Shown piece after piece: positions 1-13,570 of a stretch of 64,000 nucleotides of DNA. The translations under genes and the position numbers were made by a program. Under the pieces are notes generated by a model. That model saw only the letters and a program-made list of their open reading frames with translations, had not been told where the DNA came from and did not search any database. How positions within the stretch are numbered: position 1 is the stretch's first letter; each line of letters begins with the position of its first letter. This DNA comes from Octopus bimaculoides (lineage: Eukaryota), in assembly GCF_001194135.2 (NCBI RefSeq), contig NC_068987.1:76076848-76140847 (forward strand), given 5' to 3'.

Positions 1-1582
1 TGGAGGTTAGATACGTTGAATGGACCTGAAAAAAACTGTGGAAAAATTTATTCCACACCGATGTACGAAATGTTTACTGAAAGAATAAAATCTTGTAACG
101 ATTATACACAATTTTTGTCGGTTGCCATTTTGGATTATTTTAGTAAAAAATCAAACAGTAAAATGCATTAAGAATTTTAATTGTATTGTTTATCTATAAT
201 GTTGTTGCTTTTACATCTGCTAATTAAATTTACCTGCCCATAAAAGTCAAATGTATTCAGTAAGATCAGCTAAAATTATATAACTATAAACCAGTTGTAT
301 ATAAAGCACCCACTGATAAAGTTTCAAATCTGTATGTAAAAAATTTACGAAGTTACAAGCAAATATTGTGAACACTTCACTTGAACCTGAGTAACTCAAA
401 ATAACGTGAACAAATACACATTACTTTTGACAGATTAATATGAATACTAAAGATAATTTCAGGTGTGTTTTTCCTATACACACACCTAACACAGCTTCGC
501 TCGGTTGGGACTACACGTATGTTACTCTGACATCATTATTCCATAAAATTTCTTCATGGGGAGAAAAATATTGAAAAATATCAATAGATATGTGAGTGAG
601 AAAGAAACGAGGAGGAAAGTTTTGGGATGTGCTAGAAACAACAGCCAGAACTCCCTTAAATCATACATTTTCCTCTGAAATTATTAACAATTTTATTTTA
701 TAACTAAAAATGTTTCTCTTACGGGTTTTAAGTGCGCAGTTAAAAAGAATGGCCCAAATCATTTCTGACTGGGGTGGTGAGGGGGTCGCGGGAGTGAAAA
801 AAATAAATTTTCAAAATTTTTTCTTTTTTTTTCTTGAAAAGATGCTTCCTATCATTCTGAAGACTTTGGTCAAAAACATTGGAAAAAATCTCCGTCAAAA
901 CGGAGAAATTCCAACTTATGTGGACCGTCTGATGCGAAACTCCGTTTACCAGAAACTCCTCCCCCTCCCCCACGTCCAAAAATTTTGCCTGCAAATTTCT
1001 TTGTAATCGCAACCTACACCGTTTGAAAGGTATTTGTATAAAATTTAATTAAAAGATACCTATTTTCTAGAAAGTTGTGAGAGGAAAATGTCGGGTCCTG
1101 TGAATTTTCCGAAACTTCTCTCTCTAACCTCTCAGAAACTCAAGAATTCTGTGAGGTCAAAACTATTGATAGATTTCTTGTTTTTCAAAACACTCTATAT
1201 ATATCGTTGCTACACTGTCTCACAAGTACGATGGACGCTTTTCGACTTTGCTGAAGCTTAGCAATGCTGTGCAAGAAACTAGCACCTGCTTAAACAAAAT
1301 CTGAGCCTCAATATATAGTCACGGGTGAAAAAATATTTTGAAGAAAATAGGGAGGGTAAGAAAGAGATATTGTGAGTGTATAAAGGGGAAAAAAGTAAAA
1401 GTGATTGGCGAGCGCTTACAGATCAGAACTGGATGTTATGCTAGAAAAGCGCGTAAGGATGAATAGTGTTTGTATGATTGTGAGTGTATGTGAATACGTA
1501 TTTACATATACATGCATACATATATGCATGCATATATACATACATACATACATACATACATACATACATACATACATACATA

Positions 1583-1700
1583 CGAGCAAAAATGCCCAGT
1601 TGTTGATCTTGAAATTCCAGTGAAGGAACCCTGGATCTAGGTTAGAAACCGGTTCGTTCTCTATTGGCAAGAAATCTTGAAATAAACTGAATAATGCCAT
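1583..1700. mobile_element. Short unique insert embedded in (TACA)n microsatellite; possible 5'-truncated retroelement 3' end
   Basis: About 118 bp of complex sequence flanked on both sides by catacatac arrays; no ORF similarity recognised. Confidence 0.3.
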
Positions 1701-1702
1701 GC

Positions 1703-1756
<54 letters not shown>

Positions 1757-2724
1757 ATATCATGTATGCATGTTTGTATGAATGAATGGATGTAAGCATG
1801 TGTATAATTGTGCGCAAGTGTGGAAATATGGTGGTGTTGATTAGTGAGAGCATGGTGGGGTGATTATTTGGTGTATACATATATATGTGTGTATATTTCT
1901 GTGTGTGTGTGTAAGAATATATGTATGTATACATGTATGTATGGAGATGTGTATATTGGTATTTGTTATCACCGAAGGCAGCAGTATTGGTTCATTCATT
2001 CACATATATACATGCATGCACACACATACATACACACATACATACACACACATACATACACGCATACATACACACATACATACACACATACATACACTCA
2101 TACACACACACACATACATACACAGACACATACATACATATACACAAAAATATATTTTAAAAAGAATCCAGTGTTAAGTGCACTGATTCCCCTGCAGATA
2201 GAAATATGTTGTCAAGAGGCAAGAAACATTTACTCACATTTTAGTCATGTGCAGAAAATAATTGAGATTCTAATAAACAAAGCAGCACACGTAAATTTCT
2301 AAGATGAACACAGCTGCTCATCGACTTCGTTGGCAGAGGTCATCAGATGTATACACAAATGCGACGGGGATATCTATTGCCTTTCGCAGGCATGCGTTTG
2401 GCAGCGAGGGAGTTACTGCACGTCTGTCATATTAAGTACATATGTATTGATAAGTATGTTTTGCGTTTATATCTACGTACACAATCGCACATACATGTAT
2501 GTATGCATCTGAGTATTTATGTGTATATGTGAATGTCTTTTTACTTTTCACATACTGGGTGTGTATCTCTCTGCGTAGATATATGCATATGTGTGTGTGT
2601 GCGTGAACGTGTGTGTATCTCTGTATGTGCGCGTGTATGTATATGTATGCATATATGTATATATACAAACATATATATATATAGATAGATAGATATACGT
2701 AATATATATAAAAATACATATTAT

Positions 2725-2762
<38 letters not shown>

Positions 2763-2909
2763 GCATGTATATATAAAAATGAACTGGAACTACGCAAGAT
2801 AGTCACACAGTGTATATTACGTTTATAATTTTAAACTCGCATGAAAAGAATTTTATTTTAGCCCATATATTGTGTGTGATTGTATGCTAATGCATACATA
2901 CATATATTC

Positions 2910-2944
<35 letters not shown>

Positions 2945-2989
2945 CATACATACATACATACATACATACATACATACATACATACTGTG

Positions 2990-3125
2990 TATACCTACCA
3001 TTGCTTGACAACTAGGCTTAATGAAAAAGAAAATAATAAATACTGGGTTCGATGCATTCAAATAAAATTTCTTCAAGGCGGTGTCCCAGCATGGCCGCAA
3101 TCTAATGATTGAAACAAGTAGAGGA
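2990..3125 (+). mobile_element. SINE family A, 3' half (decayed)
   Basis: accattgcttgacaac ... ggcggtgtcccagcatggccgcaatctaatgattgaaacaagta matches the 3' halves at 43540-43718 and 57440-57620. Confidence 0.75.
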
Positions 3126-4500
3126 TGAAGATACATACATGCATACATGCATGCATGCATACATACATACGTACATACATGCATACATACATACATATAT
3201 ACACGCACGCGTGTGTGCGTGCGTGTATGTGCGTGTATGTGTGTGTGTGTGTATGTGTGTGTGTGTGTGTGTGCGTGCGTGTGCATATGTGTGTATATTT
3301 ACAGATGTGAAATGTATATGCGCATATTTTGTATTTGTATATCTTTATACAGACAATTCGGTATGAATATCTTATATGAGTATATGTGTTCAAGTGTGTG
3401 GTTTCCACAAGTTTATGCATGCATATTTTTACTTTACCATTCACACATAAGTACACATATACACAATATACGCATATCCTCTCTTAAACATAAAGTTTAC
3501 GAGGATCTACACTTCCAACAAAAGTATGTAAACACAGAAAAACTGGTTTACAATCTTCGAATATTTTGTATGAATCTATGTACGTGCTTTTAATATATGT
3601 TCTTGCTCATGCGTGTATTCGTACAAGTACATGTATGTGTGTGTGTGTCTGAGTGTCTGTGTGTGTGTGCTTGAGTAAGTGTGTATGTCTGTATGTGTGA
3701 TGTGTGTGTCTGTGTATTACATGTTGATGCACTTTAAATATGCTTCTTTCATTCAACGCCCTCTTTCAAACAGCACTAAAACTTGCACCCTGGAAGAGAA
3801 ATACGTCCTGGTTTAATCCACCGTTCAGCATGGACGTTATATTGTACATCGCAAAACAACTTTTTTGGTTTTAATCAACATCCAGAAAAAATTAACTTAA
3901 TACAACTGCCAGTTATTCCACAATCCTTTCTAGAAGAAAATTCATAATCTTATCTCTTATACATTGCCGCATAACAACGGAATCATTCAAAACAATATAA
4001 AGTAATGACAAAACAGCTCTAATTGTCGAAACACTGTATTCTGTCCCGTTGTTAATTATTGCATGAGTGACTGCATCGCATGTCAGGGTATTAGAACTGA
4101 ATATGCATGACTGTATGACATCTGAAGAGAAAGCTTATTGAAGAGCTGACTATACTAATATTAGTACACTTTCAAGGAAAACACTATATTAATCTCGAAA
4201 CACGTTCGGTTAAAAGAAATAAAGAGCAATTCTATCGTCATTGCATGATTCATCGTTAACAAAACCAAGCCTTGCAATGATAGTTGAAGCTTAAAGAATT
4301 TTAAATTATAAACCACCAACACCAAGAAAGATCAGAACGATAAAACTAAAATCTAAAACTTTTACCGAATACTTGGGGACAGCAAAAAACTCAACAATGA
4401 AATCATACATTATGTTACACGCGTGGTCATCTCTTTCGTTTCAACAACCATAAAGGAGGTGTATAAGATGTCTGTGTGCGTGCATATGTATATAATGCCT

Positions 4501-4571
<71 letters not shown>

Positions 4572-6764
4572 CACAGTTCGAATTTACAGAAAATAAAAAG
4601 ATGAAGACAGGTGTAGGAACAACAAGCAGGTGTATNNNNNNNNNNNNNNNNNNNNNNNNNNNNNNNNNNNNNNNNNNNNNNNNNNNNNNNNNNNNNNNNN
4701 NNNNNNNNNNNNNNNNNNNNNNNNNNNNNNNNNNNNNNNNNNNNNNNNNNNNNNNNNNNNNNNNNNNNNNNNNNNNNNNNNNNNNNNNNNNNNNNNNNNN
4801 NNNNNNNNNNNNNNNNNNNNNNNNNNNNNNNNNNNNNNNNNNNNNNNNNNNNNNNNNNNNNNNNNNNNNNNNNNNNNNNNNNNNNNNNNNNNNNNNNNNN
4901 NNNNNNNNNNNNNNNNNNNNNNNNNNNNNNNNNNNNNNNNNNNNNNNNNNNNNNNNNNNNNNNNNNNNNNNNNNNNNNNNNNNNNNNNNNNNNNNNNNNN
5001 NNNNNNNNNNNNNNNNNNNNNNNNNNNNNNNNNNNNNNNNNNNNNNNNNNNNNNNNNNNNNNNNNNNNNNNNNNNNNNNNNNNNNNNNNNNNNNNNNNNN
5101 NNNNNNNNNNNNNNNNNNNNNNNNNNNNNNNNNNNNNNNNNNNNNNNNNNNNNNNNNNNNNNNNNNNNNNNNNNNNNNNNNNNNNNNNNNNNNNNNNNNN
5201 NNNNNNNNNNNNNNNAATTCCACTTATTGTGAACATGTTGAGACGAAACTTTTTCAATGACATTATGCAAGAATTTGAGTTTTAAGAAGCGAATAATTTT
5301 TAATTCGTTTTTAATAAGGTTGGGGGCCTAGTAAATTTGATAAAAATAGTTCTGTAACATCATTAACTGTGTTTATTATAAACGGACTTATGTGTGTGTT
5401 TGCGTATGTGTGTATGTGTGTGTATGTGTTGTGTTAGTGTGTTTGTGTGTACATGTGTGTGTACACGTGTGTGTGTACATGTGTGTGTGTGTGTGTGTGT
5501 GCTTACATGTATACGCATGCATACATACCTACATTCATACATACGGAACCATTCATATAAAATGCAGATTTGTTATGTGAGGGTCAATTTGCTTGCGTGT
5601 ATTTATGTATATGTGTGCGAGTACATCTATTTATTTGCACATTAAAATATGCAGTAAATCTTAATAAGTACTTTTAAGTTAGAGAAGACATTTAGCAAAA
5701 GATGTCTGGCAATTGAAATAAGTTTTGGTTCTCACGTATATGTTTGTGTACCCTAACCGTATTCTTTCGTTAATCCTTTGTTAATCTAGGTGCAGATTCG
5801 TTACCAAACATGCTTTTCCCCCCTAATTTTTATTTATATATAGTTATCCTAACCACAAATTTGCTTAACTAAATCGTTTTCTTTTAAACCAGCAAAGATC
5901 CTGACGACTAGTGTATGCCTCCTATTTCACGCGAACGATAAATAAATTTTTCTTTGCGTCTGGCGCTTGTTTGTCGTAGTTAGCCGTTTCCCTGTTATGA
6001 ATTGCTCTCAATGTGGCTAAGCCACGAAATGCTCATTGTTGTTAGGGCTGTTTCCTGCTGTTGTTTACCTTCAAGTGTATTTTTTACAACAAACTGCGTC
6101 ATAAAACCAACACCTTGTTGCTTAAAAGAGCAGCACCTCCTAGCTGTAGAATAAATATGTTACAGTTAAGTTGTGTCAGTCTTAGAAACTGAATGTTTTG
6201 GGTCGAGACACATCGCAGTATTGGTGAGAGACAGTATACAAACTGCTCATCACTCCAAAAGTACCCAAATACCCTAGAGAACTGACCATGGGAAATTACC
6301 AATATCCATACAAGACAAACTAGCAAAGAGTAGCCTTCTCCTGAGATAGCAAAAATTTCTACTGGGCCAATGTGGGAGTCTTATTCAACTAACCGACCTA
6401 ACAGAAGCGGAAGCTAAACCTCTCTCAAATCTAAGCTACTGGCTTTAAAAAATAATGCATTGGATAATGGATTACTACATAAGCCTGAAAATATACGAGA
6501 CGAATTTGGGTAGAACGCCTTCGATCGTAGGTCTACCATATGAGATTGGAGATAAGCCTAAAAAAAATCATAACTAAATTCTACACAGAATTTTATATCA
6601 AGTCAGCATCGAATCAGCAACACTAAATAGGCAACACCAAAACGGCAGTGCTAAAACGTCTCATACCCCAGAACTTCTTCTGCCCCATACAATGGTGTTC
6701 TGATATCTGCATTAATAACCATACATAAACACACACACACACACACACAAACCACACACACACA

Positions 6765-6824
<60 letters not shown>

Positions 6825-6826
<2 letters not shown>

Positions 6827-8365
6827 GAACTACGCAAAGAAACGTTGCACATATACTAAATAAAAACCGATTTATTAACAGACTACCATAGCATTGATTG
6901 AAGAGTGCTAATTAAGAAACCGTTCTTTCCTAACGATAAAACGTCATTTCTTGAAACATATTTGACGAAACATGGTGTCATGTGATGACGGAATGTCCTG
7001 GATCCAAAGAGACGAACTCAATATCTCGTGTGTCCACCGATAGCGTTGATTACCGCCAAGCATTTTCTGTACATTGAATGCACCAAACGACTGATGAAAT
7101 GCCATGGGGATAGCAACCCACCCTCTGTTTAAAATTGCAGTGAATTGTGCCGCAGTTGTCGGCCTTGGATGAATGCCATTTAGCCTTCTTTGGATTTCGT
7201 CCCACAGGTGCTCTATGGGGTTTAAGTCCGGACTTAGGGCAGGCCATGACAGTGTCTGGATATTGTGCTTTTGGTGGAAGTCTATTGTCAACCTGGCAGT
7301 ATGGGCACGGGCATTGTCGTGTTGGAATACATGATTCCAATGACGGGCAAAGTATGACATTATGTGAAGCTTCAACATTTGGTCGATATAACGAGTAGCA
7401 GTTACTTCATTGTCTCTGCTTTGGTCGATGTCTTGGAAGACTATCGGTCTAAGTTTCTAGTTGAGTGCAATCCCGTACCATACCATAATGCTCTGCCCTC
7501 CCCATTAGTTTCTCTCCACCACACAGCCATCGGCATGACGTTCACCTCTTCTTCTCCAAACCCTAGTTTTACCATTTGCCACAGAAATTCAATATCGACT
7601 TTCGTCAGAGAAAACTACAGTGCTCCACTGCTGCTATCACCAGTTCTGACATTATTTGAGTCCTCTGTAGACCTGCCTGTCGATGACGATCTGTGAGGAT
7701 GGGGCCCCTTGCCGGACGTCCACAAGACAGATTGAAAGATCTCAGCCGTCGGCGAACTGTCTCTGCAGAAATGGATCTGTAGTGAGTCCCTATGGTCTGC
7801 CTTGCTGATTCTGTTACCTCCCGAAATCGGTTCTGCAAGTGCTATCAGTGCAGGTCGCGATCTTGACGTAGTCTTGTAATCCTCGGTCGGCAACTGTTGG
7901 ACGATCATCCGTGCTGTTTGTAATATGGTATCGTTCCTTCAGCCGCTAAAATGTCCGAATACTGCAGTTCACGTCATTAGCAATGAACGTTGACCAGCAT
8001 GGAGACATCCGATGGCTTGCTCCCTCTGATTTCGTGTCAATCTTGGCATGCTTGTAGCGTTCGGGAAACGAATGACAGGCTGGTAAATTTGGGTGCCTTT
8101 TATACCCAATGAGTCAACGTTTTTCACGTGCATCATGCTTTTCATAAAGATGCGTTCGAAAGCATTACCATGTTCACGAAAAGTGAGCGAATTCGAACCC
8201 TACATGCATTCCTTATGTTTTCAAAAGAGAGTGGTGCTGTGGGTCAGTAACGATCTTCCTGATGTCAAATTACTTAAAAATCTGATAAAATTCATTTAAT
8301 TGCAATATCGTGAAACCCTATATATAAATGTGCGACTTGATAAACCTGAGATATGATAATGTCTT
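6825..8365 (-). mobile_element. Tc1-like DNA transposon, decayed; one end runs into an N-gap
   Basis: Contains the frameshifted Tc1 transposase at 7018-8049. Outer boundaries are approximate and a TIR pair could not be confirmed. Confidence 0.8.
7018..8049 (-). pseudogene. Tc1-family (DD34E) transposase pseudogene
   Basis: N-terminus MPRLTRNQREQAIGCLHAGQ from the ATG at 8049; HTH/linker ISAETVRRRLRSFNLSCGRPARGPILTDRHRQ; catalytic FQHDNARAHTA...WPALSPDLNPIEHLWDEIQRRL; C-terminus CLAVINAIGGHTRY*. Several frameshifts and stops. Confidence 0.92.
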
Positions 8366-9288
8366 NNNNNNNNNNNNNNNNNNNNNNNNNNNNNNNNNNN
8401 NNNNNNNNNNNNNNNNNNNNNNNNNNNNNNNNNNNNNNNNNNNNNNNNNNNNNNNNNNNNNNNNNNNNNNNNNNNNNNNNNNNNNNNNNNNNNNNNNNNN
8501 NNNNNNNNNNNNNNNNNNNNNNNNNNNNNNNNNNNNNNNNNNNNNNNNNNNNNNNNNNNNNNNNNNNNNNNNNNNNNNNNNNNNNNNNNNNNNNNNNNNN
8601 NNNNNNNNNNNNNNNNNNNNNNNNNNNNNNNNNNNNNNNNNNNNNNNNNNNNNNNNNNNNNNNNNNNNNNNNNNNNNNNNNNNNNNNNNNNNNNNNNNNN
8701 NNNNNNNNNNNNNNNNNNNNNNNNNNNNNNNNNNNNNNNNNNNNNNNNNNNNNNNNNNNNNNNNNNNNNNNNNNNNNNNNNNNNNNNNNNNNNNNNNNNN
8801 NNNNNNNNNNNNNNNNNNNNNNNNNNNNNNNNNNNNNNNNNNNNNNNNNNNNNNNNNNNNNNNNNNNNNNNNNNNNNNNNNNNNNNNNNNNNNNNNNNNN
8901 NNNNNNNNNNNNNNNNNNNNNNNNNNNNNNNNNNNNNNNNNNNNNNNNNNNNNNNNNNNNNNNNNNNNNNNNNNNNNNNNNNNNNNNNNNNNNNNNNNNN
9001 NNNNNNNNNNNNNNNNNNNNNNNNNNNNNNNNNNNNNNNNNNNNNNNNNNNNNNNNNNNNNNNNNNNNNNNNNNNNNNNNNNNNNNNNNNNNNNNNNNNN
9101 NNNNNNNNNNNNNNNNNNNNNNNNNNNNNNNNNNNNNNNNNNNNNNNNNNNNNNNNNNNNNNNNNNNNNNNNNNNNNNNNNNNNNNNNNNNNNNNNNNNN
9201 NNNNNNNNNNNNNNNNNNNNNNNNNNNNNNNNNNNNNNNNNNNNNNNNNNNNNNNNNNNNNNNNNNNNNNNNNNNNNNNNNNNNNNNN

Positions 9289-9333
<45 letters not shown>

Positions 9334-9413
9334 TTTGTTTATATGCATATATATAATATATATATAGTTTGGTTTATATATCTAACTGTCTATACATATG
9401 TGCATATGTGTAT

Positions 9414-9452
<39 letters not shown>

Positions 9453-9545
9453 TGTATGTTTATATATGTGTATATGTGTGTGTAGTTAGATTGATAGATG
9501 GATTCAGCAATGTGCTGTCGTTCTCAAAACACAGTCATAAGCAAG

Positions 9546-9607
<62 letters not shown>

Positions 9608-9770
9608 GAGAGAGGGAGAGAGAGAGAAAGAGAGAGAGAGATGAGAGAGTGAAAGAGAGAGATTGAGAGATAGACAGACAGAAAGACAGAGAAAGGAAGA
9701 AAGAGAGAAGGAGGGTGAGAGAAAATGAAAGCGAGGAGGAGAGAGAAAGAGAGAGCTAGATTGGAGGTTG
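9546..9770. repeat. (GA)n / purine-rich microsatellite
   Basis: Long gagaga tract with degenerate flanks. Confidence 0.95.
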
Positions 9771-9866
9771 TGAGGAGGAGGACTATTCCAGATATGCTAT
9801 TATATACATATTTTGACACTAGCACAGCTGTTCCTGAAGATGAAAATAACATTTTTAACCACACGC

Positions 9867-10412
9867 ATTTAGCATAACAACAGTCTGAATTTACCTACAT
9901 TTTGCTGAGCCATTCCAGAACTACAAATACATCGCGTCCCTCTTTCGGTCGGTGGGTCGGTTGGATAGGTAAGCGGGAGGGTGGGCGGGCGATGGCACAT
10001 GTTTCAAGAATCACATAGACTTTATTGTTCTACNNNNNNNNNNNNNNNNNNNNNNNNNNNNNNNNNNNNNNNNNNNNNNNNNNNNNNNNNNNNNNNNNNN
10101 NNNNNNNNNNNNNNNNNNNNNNNNNNNNNNNNNNNNNNNNNNNNNNNNNNNNNNNNNNNNNNNNNNNNNNNNNNNNNNNNNNNNNNNNNNNNNNNNNNNN
10201 NNNNNNNNNNNNNNNNNNNNNNNNNNNNNNNNNNNNNNNNNNNNNATTTAGCATAACAACAGTCTGAATTTACCTACATTTTGCTGAGCCATTCCAGAAC
10301 TACAAATACATCGCGTCCCTCTTTCGGTCGGTGGGTCGGTTGGATAGGTAAGCGGGAGGGTGGGCGGGCGATGGCACATGTTTCAAGAATCACATAGACT
10401 TTATTGTTCTAC
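9867..10412. repeat. 167-bp exact duplication flanking an N-gap (9867-10033 and 10246-10412)
   Basis: Identical sequence on both sides of the gap at 10034-10245; probably an unmerged contig overlap. Confidence 0.85.
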
Positions 10413-10859
10413 AAGCAATGTTCACATGTAAACACAATCAATTGTCCATCATGGACATCAACTATTTCTTTAATGACGGTGAACAACAAAGGCGAAAAAA
10501 CAACAACGGAAGATATAAAACAAAGCAAATGAAATAAAAAAAACACAAAGACCCACCCTTCGAATAAAGACAAAAAAGAAAAGAAAATGCTAAATAGTAA
10601 ATAAATATTGTATTGTTATTTTTATTTGTTCTTTGCTTCCTTTTTTATTTTTGTTATATTTTATGTTATATTTGTGATGGGTGAGAGTTGCTTAATGAGA
10701 GAAAGCAATCGGCAGCTGTTCTCTTGGTGTTAGAAGCTCTGTGATTAGATTACGTGAATAAGTATGAGACTGATAAGCGGTGCAGATGGTTGGTCTGTTA
10801 AAAAAAAACACACATAATGGCGGCTAGATCCACCACCAAAGGTATTGGAGGGATTTTCT

Positions 10860-11071
10860 TTTTTACGAACTTGCCACTCGATCGACCAGAAAAGGCAGCG
10901 AAATCTCCCTCAAGTCAAACAAACCCTAATCGCTTAAGATGGTGAGGGAGGGAGAGAGCAAGAACAAGTTAGATAGATGTATCCCTGCAGTTAAAAAGAT
11001 GATAATACGAAAAGGTGAGACAATGGTTACGCGTTTGGTTATCTATCTACTCGATCAGGCTGACCTGGAGA
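10860..11071 (+). mobile_element. SINE family D (decayed)
   Basis: ccagaaaaggcagcgaaatctccctcaa ... gatcaggctgacctgg is shared with copies at about 25110-25290 and 26020-26250. Confidence 0.55.
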
Positions 11072-11380
11072 TTGTTGTTGTTGTTGGCACTCCGTCGCTT
11101 ACGACGTCGAGGGTTCCAGTTGATCCGATCAACGGAACAGCCTGCTCGTGAAATTAACGTGCAAGTGGCTGAGCACTCCACAGACACGTGTACCCTTAAC
11201 GTATTTCTCGAGGAGATTCAGCATGACACACTGTGACAAGGCTGACCCTTTGAATTACAGGCACAACAGAAATAGGAAGAAAGAGTGAGAGAAAGTTGTG
11301 GAGAAAGAGTACAGCAGGGTTCGCCACCATCCCCTGCCGGAGCCTCGTGGAGCTTTAAGTGTTTTCGCTCAACAAGCACT
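11072..11380 (-). mobile_element. SINE family C, 3' portion (5' end lost in gap)
   Basis: Near-identical to 30537-30830; (CAA)n tail at 11072-11086. Confidence 0.92.
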
Positions 11381-12515
11381 NNNNNNNNNNNNNNNNNNNN
11401 NNNNNNNNNNNNNNNNNNNNNNNNNNNNNNNNNNNNNNNNNNNNNNNNNNNNNNNNNNNNNNNNNNNNNNNNNNNNNNNNNNNNNNNNNNNNNNNNNNNN
11501 NNNNNNNNNNNNNNNNNNNNNNNNNNNNNNNNNNNNNNNNNNNNNNNNNNNNNNNNNNNNNNNNNNNNNNNNNNNNNNNNNNNNNNNNNNNNNNNNNNNN
11601 NNNNNNNNNNNNNNNNNNNNNNNNNNNNNNNNNNNNNNNNNNNNNNNNNNNNNNNNNNNNNNNNNNNNNNNNNNNNNNNNNNNNNNNNNNNNNNNNNNNN
11701 NNNNNNNNNNNNNNNNNNNNNNNNNNNNNNNNNNNNNNNNNNNNNNNNNNNNNNNNNNNNNNNNNNNNNNNNNNNNNNNNNNNNNNNNNNNNNNNNNNNN
11801 NNNNNNNNNNNNNNNNNNNNNNNNNNNNNNNNNNNNNNNNNNNNNNNNNNNNNNNNNNNNNNNNNNNNNNNNNNNNNNNNNNNNNNNNNNNNNNNNNNNN
11901 NNNNNNNNNNNNNNNNNNNNNNNNNNNNNNNNNNNNNNNNNNNNNNNNNNNNNNNNNNNNNNNNNNNNNNNNNNNNNNNNNNNNNNNNNNNNNNNNNNNN
12001 NNNNNNNNNNNNNNNNNNNNNNNNNNNNNNNNNNNNNNNNNNNNNNNNNNNNNNNNNNNNNNNNNNNNNNNNNNNNNNNNNNNNNNNNNNATATATAATT
12101 GTACATATATGTATATATATATATATAATTGTACATATATGTATATATATAAAGTATCATATATTATATTATATATATTTAAACATACATATATGTACAT
12201 GTATATATGTACATGCGCATATATACACCTATATATGTATACGCACACACATATATATACTCACATGCATCTACTTTGTATAATGCATTTATGCATTATA
12301 CATCCCTCCGTTGTGTTCTCTAATTGCACAAAATAAAATGACGTAGATTTGCTTCACACATCTTTTCCCACAGCAGATAACAGGCACTCGACAAATGTTT
12401 TGACCAGGGCTAAAGCGAAAAATTCTTAATGAGATGAGTTGCTGACTAACAGGCGTTCGATATCTCTCATCTCTTCGACATTCCTGCCTGACTGCTTCAC
12501 TGACGGAGCACTCAC

Positions 12516-12594
12516 TCTGGCAAGCACTGTAGCAGCTTCATTACCGTAACTGGTGGATATATTCTTAAACTGAGGAATGATTCGTAAAATAATA
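12516..12594 (-). CDS. Candidate 79-nt internal coding exon of an unidentified host gene
   Basis: Minus strand acceptor tcttattttacag| and donor GCCAGA|gtgagt. Two stop-free frames: IILRIIPQFKNISTSYGNEAATVLAR or LFYESFLSLRIYPPVTVMKLLQCLP. No family recognised. Confidence 0.3.
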
Positions 12595-13199
12595 CTGTAA
12601 AATAAGATGGGTCTTTCGAAATGCAGAATGCAAAGGCCTATTGCATATGGTGGGTGTCTAATATTTGTAAATCTTAAATTCGAATTTCTTCCTTTGAGTT
12701 CGATTTAGATATTAAGGATCGTAACCAAATGCGTTTTCATGTTTGTAAACTAATTATCAACAACAAAAATTATAGTTTAGTTGTCCTGCTGTTGTTGCTT
12801 AGTTCCCGATCAGCTTTGACTGATTAGATATCATTAAATGCGTTCAAGTCTTGATCTTCTTGTCTTGTGCTTGAAGCAGTTTGAGTGACATTACAAAGAA
12901 TGCTCCCTCACTTAAAACATATGATTACTAAAAAGCAAGTTGATGCGGATATAGTTGTTTTGATGCAAACGATGAGGCGGCGTACTAACTGAACCGTTAT
13001 AGTATTGGCTGCAATGTCTCGTGGTATTCGTTCCGACTCGTTGCTCCCTCTGTTGAAATCCTGCGCAGGTCAACTTAATTTTTCATCCTTTCAGGAACAA
13101 TCAAAGAAATCTCAGTCCAAGGTGGTGTATTAACAGAACTGTTGATGAGCCTGGGTGGGCTGATGGGAGGCGAGCTTTTAGAAACATTAGCACGCCGAA

Positions 13200-13570
13200 A
13201 ACAATGCGCGACACACTGCAAAGATCAGATCACAGAAGATCGAAGAGCTTGGTTGGGAAAAATTCCTCATCCACCTTATTCTCCCGACCTTGTTCCTTCA
13301 GACTACCATTTGTTTCGTAGTTTACAGAATCATTTGGGAGACATAACTTTCGCAAGCCAGGAGGAGGTCGAAACTGACATGTCAGAGTTCTTCGCTTTGA
13401 AACCAAAAGAGTTTTACATTAATGGGATTACAAAGCTTGTATATAGATGGAAGGAAGTCATAGATAATCAGGGAAAGTACATTGGTGATTAAATATCAAT
13501 CAAATATAACATTTGATCACTTGTTTTCTTTATTCAAAATTCGGACAGAACTTATGAGATGACCTGACAT
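13200..13570 (+). mobile_element. mariner (DD34D) transposon 3' fragment with TIR-like end
   Basis: KIPHPPYSPDLVPSDYHLFRSLQNHL...FYINGITKLVYRWKEVIDNQGKYIGD* (stop at 13492), then TIR-like cggacagaacttatgagatgacctgaca at 13542-13569. Confidence 0.9.

Noticed and set aside
4130-4212. ctgaaga...ctcgaaacacgt hammerhead-like pattern with a palindromic insert
   Set aside because: Stem I cannot form around the putative cleavage site, so it is likely a chance match.
9867-10412. 167-bp exact direct repeat as a biological duplication or LTR pair
   Set aside because: The copies are identical and sit immediately on either side of an N-gap, which is typical of an unmerged contig overlap.
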